A DNA stretch of 26,628 nucleotides from Salpingoeca rosetta (Eukaryota; Protista; Choanoflagellata), in the NCBI GenBank assembly GCA_033442325.1, contig JAWQFM010000034.1, forward strand, positions 641,150 to 667,777, given 5' to 3'. The notes under the pieces are model-generated. The model did no database searches. It was not told where the DNA came from and saw only the letters and a list, made by a program, of their open reading frames with translations. How positions within the stretch are numbered: the first letter of the stretch is position 1; each line of letters begins with the position of its first letter. The translations under genes were made by a program, and so were the position numbers. Below are positions 10,901 through 21,600 of this stretch, in pieces.

Positions 10901-13816
10901 GGCTGATGACGGAGGCATACGCGCCGCCAAAGCGCAGGGCAACGCGCGTGCCAGAGCTCACAGCCAGCGACTGGATCTCAAAGTCGCTGCCGACGCAGTC
11001 GCGTGCGATGGTGATGGCGCAGCTGCCGCTGTCCACGGCCAGGAAGCGACCCGCGGTGGAAGCGTGGTACCGCCCAAACAGGGACGTGCACCGCGGCCAG
11101 GTCGGCCGGCAGCTCGTCCCGTCACCAAACAGCACGCCGCACTCATCCACGGGGATGGGCCACGTCGTGTGCGGCGAGGGGCACGTATTGTACACGAGCC
11201 TGACCACCTGCGAGAAGCAAACGTCCTCCGCAGACTGCGAGCACTCGCACATGTGTCGCAGGCAGTACTGGGTGATCATGGTCCGACGATAGCCCGAGCC
11301 CACACACCCAGCAAGTGGGTGCGTTGACTGCAGAAGCGTGCCGCACGTGGCCTGCACGGAAGCAAGCCGCGGGGCGTCTCCTTCACACACGGCCGTACTC
11401 GGCGGCGATCCCCGTTCCACACACACATCATCGACCTTCCACACCTGCCCGTCCGACCACTGCTGCTGCGGGTCCTCCGCCAGCGTGGAGGGCTGGCCCA
11501 TGGGCTGCTCGCCACACAGCCCGCCAGCGACGGCGAGGCGCGATGCATCCACGCGGACGGAGAGAATCGGGTCCGTCCACACAATCTCCAGCGCCCCGCT
11601 GTAGTGTGTGAATGTCCAGCGGCCCCCGCGGTTGACGAGGGGCGTGCTCACCACGCCGGGCAGGAACAGGCTCCGGTCCAAGGACGGCTGGGTGAAGCCG
11701 CTCGTGTCCACAGGTGCGCCACGCACAAACCTGACGGGCTGGTTGTTGGACGACTGGACCACAAATGTGTCCGCCTCCACAACCACAGTCACGTTGTGGC
11801 CACTGTCGGCATCCGACACCACCACCACCTCGTGCGCGCACGTGTACCTGTGGTGCCCAAGGTGGCCATCAAAGCGGAAGAAGAGGCCGCCCTCCAGAGC
11901 AAGGCACTCGTCCGGCTCCGTCGACGACAGCGGGCAGGACCGACCGTCGCCAAAGCACACGCCGCAATCATCACGCGCAGACACAATCGGGTGACCGGCC
12001 CGGTCGCACTGGTCCTCAAACACGGCAAGCGCCCTGCAGATGAGTGGCGACGATGGATCCGTGCACGCCTCCTCCACGCACATGTTGTAGAGCGGCTCTG
12101 CGTCCAGGTGCGTCAGGCAGCCGCCGTACGGCCCGGAAAACTGGCGCAGGCGTCCGCACACGCTGTCCACCAGGTCCTGGTCCACACACGTGGTGGGTGG
12201 CTGCGGGGCGGTGGGGATGACATCGCACTCGCCAAGCTGCCAGGCCTGCACAAAGGGGGTGAGCGAGTCTGCAGACGCGGGCGTGCCGTCGGCATAGGCC
12301 CAGTCGTTGGACGACTGCCCGTCAATGTTGGCGCCACACAGGCCGCACACGGCATCGGCGTATTGACCTGGCGGCACGTTGACGCTGTAGCTGTCAAAGT
12401 CAGTGAAGACAACCTGCACGTGGGAGCCACCGAGCTCGAGGGTGAGCGCGCCCGTGCTTTCATCCGCGCTGAGCACTGACTCGTCGGCCAGCACAATGGG
12501 GAACCGTGCAACGGGGATGCGGTTCACCACCGCAGTCCGGGGGGCAACCAACTCCACGTCAACGCCCTTTGCTGTCGTCACACGGACACGGTCGCCCTCG
12601 CGTGCCACCTCAAAGTCGCCGTTGACGCAATCGCGCGCCAGCACATAGCTGCAGTCGCCAGACTCAAACGCATACAAGCGGCTGTCGTACGTCAGAATGT
12701 ACTTGTTGCCCAGGGCAGAGCAGCTGGACCGCTCCACCTCCAACGTGCATTCGCCGGTCACAGCATCACACGACTCGCACGACGGCACGGGCAGCTCGTT
12801 CATCAGGCCCTGCGCCGCACACTGCTGCTGGTAGGCGGCAATAGCAGCGCAGCCACAGCGCAGCTCGGCAAAGCACGTGCAGAACGAGCGCACGCAGGCG
12901 TGGTACGCCGTCATGGGATCAATTTCGGCGTGGCAGGAGGCGAACGGCCCGTTGACGTCCGTGACGAGGCCACAGTAGTCCTCCGCCTGCGATTGCACCT
13001 GCGCAATGTCGCAGTTGTCCGTGGGGTCGGACGGGTCGTCGGGGCAGCGGGAGTTGCGGTCGTGGAAGATGCGGTCGCTGGGGTCCTGGTCCACGGCATA
13101 GCTGATGCCAAGCTGGTAGTTGCTCGAGGCAAGTTCCGTGGAACTGCCGCTCAGCAGCGCATCGTCCAAGGCCTGCTTGTTGAAGTTGCCGCACAGCCCG
13201 GTCATGTTGCGACCATACACGGGCGGCACGGAGACCTGCAGCAGGTTGCCGTAGTCCCACTCAATCACCACCGACTCGGAGAACAGGGCCATGCGCACCC
13301 TGCCGGCGTGAGCCTCCAGGTGAAGCGCGCCCCGCACCAGCGGCAAGGCCGTGATCTCCGTGCCGTCTGCACTCACCACGGCGCCAGCACTCACCTCAAT
13401 CTTGGGGGCGCCAAGGGCCCGCAGGGCAATGCCTGCCGTGCACCTGGCAAAGTTGTTGAAGGAGCAGCGCGTGTGCCGCACCTGCAGCTCCCAGGGCCCG
13501 ACCGGCACCTCGTTGATGACGTCCGGGCTGGAGAAGGCGGAGCGGGCCACCGTGTAGTCGCACAGGCCCATAAAGTCGTACTCGTAGCCGTCAAACGTCA
13601 CGTAGTACGCGTTACCGGAGATGGAGCAGGTGGCGCGGGCGCCGGAGTAAGGACAGGACGTGCCGTTGCCGAAGCACACGCCACACCGGTCCACAATGCC
13701 GCCAGCGACCGTCACGCCACGCGCAGCGCACTCGCCCACCACATCCTTCAGCACACCGCAGGCGGAAATCCCGTCAACTGCGCCCAGAGTGGTGGTGTCT
13801 CCACCGCTACCAATTG

Positions 13817-13851
<35 letters not shown>

Positions 13852-15679
13852 GTGGTGGTGCTGGAGCCAGCACGCAGAGAGAGGAGAAGCTCAGCACACT
13901 TGTCTGCGATGCACATCTCGTAATACACGGCCGTTTCGATGCCGCATTGGTCAAAGCTGCCACCCACGAGCACACTGCAATACTGCTCCGCGTTTGCGCG
14001 CAGACCGCTGTTGCCCAGGCAAGGGTCAACAGGCGGTTGCGGGGGAGGAATGACGGGGCCAACGAGTGAAGAGCAGTTGTGCTCGACAGAGGGCTCAAAG
14101 GCAAACACGCCAGACATGTCCTGGGTCCATGCCCAGCTCTCGTTCCAGAGCATGCCGTACGGCGCGGGCTGCTGCGCGGTGAGCAGCTCTCTCACGGGGG
14201 CGCCGTCCACAGCGACGCTGCACAGGCCGTCCAGGCCAGACCCGCTCGTCACAATGTCGCGCGCCACAGAAACCACGAGCGAGTTCACCTCGTAGTTCCA
14301 CAGCAGCGACGAGCCAACGGCGTCCAGCACAACCCTGACTGTCTTGGCGGTCTCATCTTGGTACACGGCCAGTCTGCTCTCGGGCGAGAACAGCGTCTGC
14401 ACGAGGGGGGAGCCATCGAACAGCACACTCGCTGCTGCTGATGCGTCGCCGCCTGTGTCGTCCCCGCGCACCAGGGAGAGGCGGTGGCGGTTGCGGATGG
14501 AGACGGCCGCAACGACCTGGCCCGCATTGCGCGTTGTGAAGATGGACCAGCGCTGTTCCACGCTGCGCGCAAGCACGAAGCTGCACGCACCGGGAAAATC
14601 GGCATTGAGCCCGTCCACGGTGAGGAGGTAGCGCGAGTTGAGCAGCCTGCACGTCATGGGGTCACGCGGTGCGTGGCAGCGTGGCGCGGCTGCGGCAATG
14701 GTCAACACACCCGCAGCACGACAGGCGGCCTCGTACTGCGAAACAGCGGCATCGCACCAGGAATTCGAGTCGTCGGGACGTGCACACTTTGCCGTGCGGC
14801 AGAGCTCAATGTACGGCGCAACGTCGACGACTGCATGGCACGCGGAATACTCGCGACCACGCAACGTCTTGGAGCACACGCGGTCGGCCCAGTCGGCGAG
14901 GGTGGCGTTGAAGGAGCATGGATCGGCCGGGGGAACGTCATCAATGGTGCAGAACGGGTCTGGGTCGACAAACAGGCTCGCAGCCTCCGTGTCCACGAGC
15001 CAGCTCTTGGCGTGCTGCCACAGGCTGGCGGCCACAACGCCATTGGACGTGATCAGGCCACTCGCGGGATCGTCGTTGTTTGTGGCGTCGGCGCTCAGCG
15101 GCTGTCCACACAGGCCACACACGCGGTTGGCAAAGGTGACAGCTGGCGCACGCACCTGAAGCTGGCCAGACGCTGGTGCCCACGTGACTGTGACGCTGTT
15201 GGGCAGGCGCACAGTGAAAACACCAGCGCCCTTCTGCACAACGACACCCTCCACGGTGGTGAGTGGCAGCGCGGAGGTCTCCTGGCCGTTGATGGTGACA
15301 AAGGAGCCCGCAATCTCCACGACGAGGTTGAAGCCGAAGCGCACCGCGACGACCGAGTTGCACGAGCTCAGGCCACACGCCGTCTTGCGCGCTTGCACCT
15401 CAAACTCAGACATGGCCGAACAGTCCTTGGCAACCACGTAGTCGCAGATGCCGGAAAACGCATTTTCGTAGCCAGAGAACGTGCGAACAAGGCCAACGTC
15501 GCGCATGAAGCACGTCATAAAAGAGCCCGAGCACGTGCTGCCGTCACCAAAGCACACCCCACACTCATCGACGATGGCCGGGATGGACGTCACACCGCTC
15601 CGCACACACTGGTCACGGTAAGCCTGCACAACCTCACATGTTGAAGGCGGTATGGGTGTTGCAACTGTTGATGTAGAAC
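3..15679 (-). CDS. Segment 4 (~5,200 aa, absent from ORF track): VWD13-21 array, [LamG-C8-EGF-VWD]x2, EGF cluster, stalk, LamG-C8, TM, cytoplasmic tail
   Basis: Hand translation at many points in the same frame as segment 1 gives coherent protein (TCEVVQAYRDQC...DECGVCFGDGSTC; VYRTFDG; WNHITLVW; VDEIRIF; CPGEPDCSNRGVC; TM). The track lists no stop-terminated minus ORF in this frame below 15590, consistent with one open frame running off the window. Not every codon was checked. Confidence 0.88.
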
Positions 15680-18600
15680 CAGACACACGGCATCTCGACA
15701 GCTTGAAATGAAGTCTGTTGGGTCGACCGTCTCCAAGCATGTGGCGAGCGGTCCTTGTGCATCTGCAAGTGCAAAACACCGCGGCGGAACCGGCGGCGGT
15801 AGCGGCGGTTCAACCACGGGTGTGATGGGCGGAATGGCGGTTGTGCTCGTTGCATTGTCACTCGTGCGATCCCGGAGCCGATCACCAGCCTTTTGACGCG
15901 ACAGCCACGCTTCGATGACAGCCCAGGCGGCATCAAGATCACCCGTTGCGCACACGTCCTTGACGCACTCCTGCGCCATGTCGCCGGCAGCGGCACACAC
16001 CATCACCGCCTGTGCCTCAAAGTCAGCGGATACGCATTCATCCGAAGGCGTGTAGCCATCTGGGAGCTTGTTGTAATCATCCCAGTTGTTGGGAGGGTCG
16101 TACCAGAACAGTGACTGGGCACGTGTGACGCGGGTGTAGTCGATGGTGGCGTGATCATCTGCGGAGATGCCGTTGTACAGTGCGCACAGGCCACCAGTCA
16201 CGTTGTAAAACAGCGGCGACACCGCAACGTGGATGTTCAAATACCTTGAACTGAAGGTCTGCGCCGTGAGCTCAAAGTCCAGCGCCTCGGAGTACAGCGT
16301 GCACGAGCGGCCATATTCACAATGTACATCGACACCATCAACAACTGTGCTGTACGTGGATGATGCACTCGTGAGTTCCGCAGCGAGGCTGTTGTAGGTG
16401 CGCACGATGAGGCGTCCAGAGCGCGGGTACATGCCCACGCGCAGGCCAGACTCGCGGAACAGCGCCTCAAAGGCCGTGTTGCCCGAAGCGCTGCCGAGCG
16501 GCTCGTGTCGCACCTGCACCTCCACCAGCGGCGACCGCAGCAGGTAGAACTCGCCCACGCCGTAGAAGTCGAAGCGCGCGCCATCGAAGGTGGTGAAGTG
16601 CGGGTCGCCCGCGCTTGTGCACAGGCCGCCACGTGAGGAGTCGACTGGCGGCTGCACGGGCGGGCGAGGATCGATCATCGGGGTGATTGGCTCGCTCGGC
16701 ACTGTCGTTGGAGCCGCCGTCGTGCTGGGGGAGGTAGTGGCGTTCCCGCTCGTGCGATCCGCAGGCGGTCCTCGGCCTCCTGGCGCGACCTCCACGCCTC
16801 AATCATGAGCCACGCCGCGTCCAGGTCACCCGTGGCACACACGTCCTTGATGCACTCCTGCGCCATGTCGCCGGCAGCGGCACACACCGTCACTGCCTGC
16901 GCCTCAAGCTCCGCAGACTGGCACTCGTCCGAGGGCTTGTACCCATCAGGCTGGTCGTTGTAGTTATCCCAGTTGTTGGGAGGATCGTACCAAAGAAGCG
17001 ACTCGGCACGTGTGACGCGGGTGTAGTCGACGGTGGCGCTGTCGTCTGCAGCGATGCCGTTGTACAGGGCGCACAGGCCGCCGGTTGCGTTGTTGAAGAG
17101 CGGCGACACCGCAACGTGGATGTTGAGGTAGCGCGAGCCCTGCGCCGTGAGCTCAAAGTCCAGCGCCTCGGAGTACAGCGTGCACGAGCGGCCATATTCA
17201 CAATGTACATCGACACCATCAACAACTGTGCTGTACGTGGATGATGCACTCGTGAGTTCCGCAGCGAGGCTGTTGTAGGTGCGCACGATGAGGCGTCCAG
17301 AGCGCGGGTACATGCCCACGCGCAGGCCAGACTCGCGGAACAGCGCCTCAAAGGCCGTGTTGCCCGAAGCGCTGCCGAGCGGCTCGTGCCGCACCTGCAC
17401 CTCCACCAGCGGCGAGCGCAGCAGGTAGAACTCGCCCACGCCGTAGAAGTCGAAGCGCGCGCCATCGAAGGTGGTGAAGTGCGGGTCGCCCGCGCTTGTG
17501 CACAGGCCGCCACGTGAGGAGTCGACTGGCGGCTGCACGGGCGGGCGAGGATCGATCACCGGGGTGATTGGCTCGCTCGGCACTGTCGTCGGGGTCGTTG
17601 TCGTGGTTGTTTGTGGGCCACCGCCGGGGCCACTGTCAAAGCACGCTGTCTCGGATCCTCCAGGGATCAGGCGAAGTTCGGGCGCAACTGCTGTTGCGTT
17701 CTTGAGCGCTGCCACGCTCGCAGCGTCCGTGAGCACGGCACCACACAATCCTTCAAGTCCGGTCGTCGTCTGAGCTGGAACATCCACCTTCACCGTTGCT
17801 GTTGCCCTCAGCGCCCTCAGCCAAGTGACACGCATGCCATTGGCCTGCATCTCCAGCGCGTACGTGTCGCTCGCCGCCTGAGTGTGCTGCCGTCGCTGAA
17901 AAGCACAAACACGTCAGACACTGGACGGCCGCCGACAAACACGCCCTGTTCACTGAACACGATCGTGGTGCGGTAGTTGAGGCGGGCGGCCACGAACGTC
18001 GTGCGCGTGCTGACGCAAGGGTCGCCGTCACGTGGCACACACACAAACCGGGCGTGCACCTCAAAGACGCCATGTGGGTCCTTAGCCAGCACAAAGTCAC
18101 ATTCGGCAAGCGGTTTCACAATCGCGCCTGGCACAGACAGGACTTGCCCGCTGGAGAGCACGGTGCAAGTCGGGAACTGCTCTGCGCAGGAAGTACCGTC
18201 GCCGCCACACACGCCACAGCGGTCCCATGCCAGGAAACGCACATACTCGTTGTTTGCGTCACAGTACTCCAAGAATGACGCTGCGCCCTCGCACTGTGAA
18301 TACGCGCGGCCGGACGTGAGGGCTTGGCACGCGTCACGCAAGCAGGCGTCGTACAGAGATGAGACGAGTGAGTCAGAGCATGTGGCCGAATCAGCGACTG
18401 CGCCTGGGCTGAGGACACACAGGCGCTTTGCTTCTGCCAAGGCGGACGAATCGAGGTTGCACGGGTTTGGTGGAGGCTGCACGGGGCTGATGCATTCGCT
18501 GTTGTGCGAGCCGAGAAGCGCCGTTCCGGCCTGCACCTGCCAGCTGTTGGCGAAAAGGTATGTTCGCGCCGTGTTGATGATGGTGTACACCTGTCCATCG

Positions 18601-21600
18601 GCCGTCTTGAAGTCGTCAATCGCAGAGCCAGTAAAGTCGCCGCACAGGCCACACATGCGGCCATGCAGGGTTGGCGGTGCCATGACCTGGATGATGGAGC
18701 CGCGCGCACGAACCTGCACCTGATTCAGCATCTCAATGACCAGGGTGTCGTCCACGAGCCAGGTAAGAGTCGTGCCGTCCTTGTAGAGAACGAGCGAGGA
18801 CTCGGAACGGGAGACGCGCGCGTTGTCAATGTACACCGCACCGTTGCGCAACTCAACCAAGTGCCGGCCCTGTGTGCGCAAGGCTAATGCATACGTTGCC
18901 AGGACGGGGTTGGGAATGATTTGCACCTCAAACGAGCTTTCCTCGCAGTCCTTTGCCAAAATGTACGAGCACGTGCCGGCGTAATCGTACGCACTGCCGT
19001 CAAAGGTGACAAAGTGCGCGCCACCGAGTGTGGAGCAGGTTGCGAGTTCTTGCGCGCAGGAGGAGCCGTCGCCAAACGCAACCCCGCAGCGGTCAATGAT
19101 GGGCGGCTGCGGCGCGCGCCCGCGGTCCTTGCACAGCACGTCGTACTGGCGAATCGCCGACGTGGCGTGCAGCGGGTAGCACATGTCAGCAAGACATGCC
19201 TCATAAAACGGCTCAGGGTTGAGCAAAGAGTGGCAGGAAGCAAATGGGCCGTCTGTGTCCACAATGACGGCGCAGCGGCGGCGGCCTTCCTCAATGACCT
19301 GCGCATCTGCGTCAGCGCATGGGTCAACGGGCGTTGGCGGCACGGGCTCATGGTAGCACACGCCCTCCCTCGAAGCAAACAGCGTCGACGGCGCGGACGT
19401 GACGTTGACCACGGCCCAGCTCAGCCCAAACTTGTACGCGTTTGTGGTGAGCACACCGGCGCTGGTGACGAGGTCGTTGGAGGTGACGTTGTCGTACTTG
19501 CCGACAAGACCACACACGCGGTTGGAGAAGCGGTCCGGGACCCACACGGAGAGGATAGCGTCCTCAGTGTACTCAATCTCAATACCGTTGCTCATGGTCA
19601 CAACCAGGGTGCCCTGCAGGGTGCGGGTCACGGTGGTGCCGCCCCTGAGCAGCAGCGGAAGCTTGGTCTGCAGCTGGCCGTCCACAAGCACATCACCAGT
19701 GAACTGCAACTCCACGACCGGCGATCCGTGTGACGTGATGCCAACGCCAAAAGTGGAAATGCCGGCGTTGGTCACGTTGCGGTTACGCACGTGGATCTCA
19801 AACTCGTTGTACAGGCAGTCCTTGGCAAACACGTAGTCACACGTGCCGGAGAAGCTAAACACAGTTTTGTCCAGGGTCACGTAGTGGGGGTCACCAAACA
19901 CGGTGGACACGCTGTACGTCTCCAGGCACGACTCGCCGTTGCCAAAGCACAAGCCACAGCGGTCAATGACGCTGCTTGCCTCCACGGGGTCTGGGCTGCT
20001 CTTGAGGCAGCGATCCTCGTAGGCAGCGTACACGCCACACGCCTTCTCGGCGCCGCCGGTGCAGTAGTCGCTGATGCACGCATCAACGTACGCGGACGGG
20101 CTGGCCCAGACGTGGCAGGCGGCATACGGGCCGACGTCGCTGGCTAGTGCGGCGCAGTAGTCCTCGGCCAGCGCCTGTAGCGTGGCGTTGTTGAGACAGG
20201 GACTGTCGCGCTCCAACACACGCGGCGAGCACATGGCGCCGGAAGGGCCAAGGAAGAGCGCGTCGGTCTCGGGCGAGTGCCAGGTAAGGCCGGCCTGCTC
20301 GAAGGTGCACGTGCCGTTGACGGTGCACCCGGGCACGTTGCTGCCGTACGTGCTGACGTCGTCCAGGGCGGTGTTGCACAGGCCGCACAGGACGCTGGAG
20401 AGACGCACGTGCGCGCTGATGGCGGTCTGGCCCGAGAACGGGTTCCACGAAACAACCAAGCCCTCGCGCTGGGCGGTGACAATGAGGTCAAAGCCGTCGC
20501 TGCGCACGACAATGCCGCCATCCAGCACGCTCGGCACCTCGGTGACCTCAATGCCGTCGAGGAACACGCGCGGGCCGTCCAGCTCCAGCGCCTGCTCGCC
20601 AATGCGCACAAGCAGGCGCGTAAACGCGTCCGAGCCCTCGGGCTTGTAGCCGTGGATGGCAAACGAGCCGTGGGCGCAGTCCTCGGCCAGCACGTACGAG
20701 CACTGGCCGTGGAACGTCTGCAGGTCGTTGGAGACGGTGGCCACGTGGGAGCCGAGCACGGCGCACTGGAGGTTGGAGGAGGCGCACGTGGACCCGTCAC
20801 CGAAGCACACGCCGCACTCGTCCAGCACCGTCTCGATGGCAGTGAAGCCAGACTCAATGCACAGGTCCTCCAGCGCCGTGATGCTGGCGCACGCAGCAGC
20901 TGCGATTGCCGCATCGACGCTGTTTGTGATCTCATCGCCGGGATTTGCTGCCAGCGCCGTGGCGTTGCCAATGGCGATGCAGTAGTCGTACACGCACGAT
21001 GCAAACAATGTTTGGCTCTGCATGCCGACTTCGCCCACGCATGAGGCGTACGGGCCAGCGGTGTCGCGCAGCACGTGGCAGTAGTGTTGGGCCACCAGCA
21101 GCAGTTCCGGCGAGGAGTCGCACGGGTTGCTCGGGCGCGGCTCGACAGCGACGGTTTCGTTTGCAGATGCGCACTGCTGTGGGGCGGCCCAAGCTGTGCC
21201 GTAGCTCCAGGCAGCCGTGACGTTGTCCGAAGCAACACTAACATTGGCGGTGGCGCCCGGCAGGCGGAGCCCCTCTGCAGAGCCGCAGAGGCCACAGGAG
21301 CGTGACAGCAGGGACGCGTGGGCGTGAACGGCGACAGCACCGCGGCCATCGGACGAGACGCTCAGGAACGGCACGGAAACGGACAGGCCCTCCGATGTGA
21401 CGTCGATCAACAGGCCGCCGCCAGCCGCGGAGCGGTAGGGAAAGCTGACCACGAAGCCAGCCTTATCGCGGGCAAGCCCACTGACAAAGAGGACCTCATC
21501 GCCGCGGGACAGGATGGCGCTGGCGCTGACGCGGGCACCGTTGACGAGGACGCGCGTCTCTTGGAGCAGCGGCGCGACAGCCTGACGCGTCGAGTTGAGG

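Noticed and set aside
15590-17850. Two separate small VWD genes (401 aa and 391 aa ORFs)
   Set aside because: Each begins and ends mid-domain and joins its neighbours through single-base repairs.
15679-17880. Programmed -1 ribosomal frameshifting or G-insertion editing
   Set aside because: There are no X XXY YYZ slippery heptamers or shared context at the three sites, and homopolymer error is more parsimonious.
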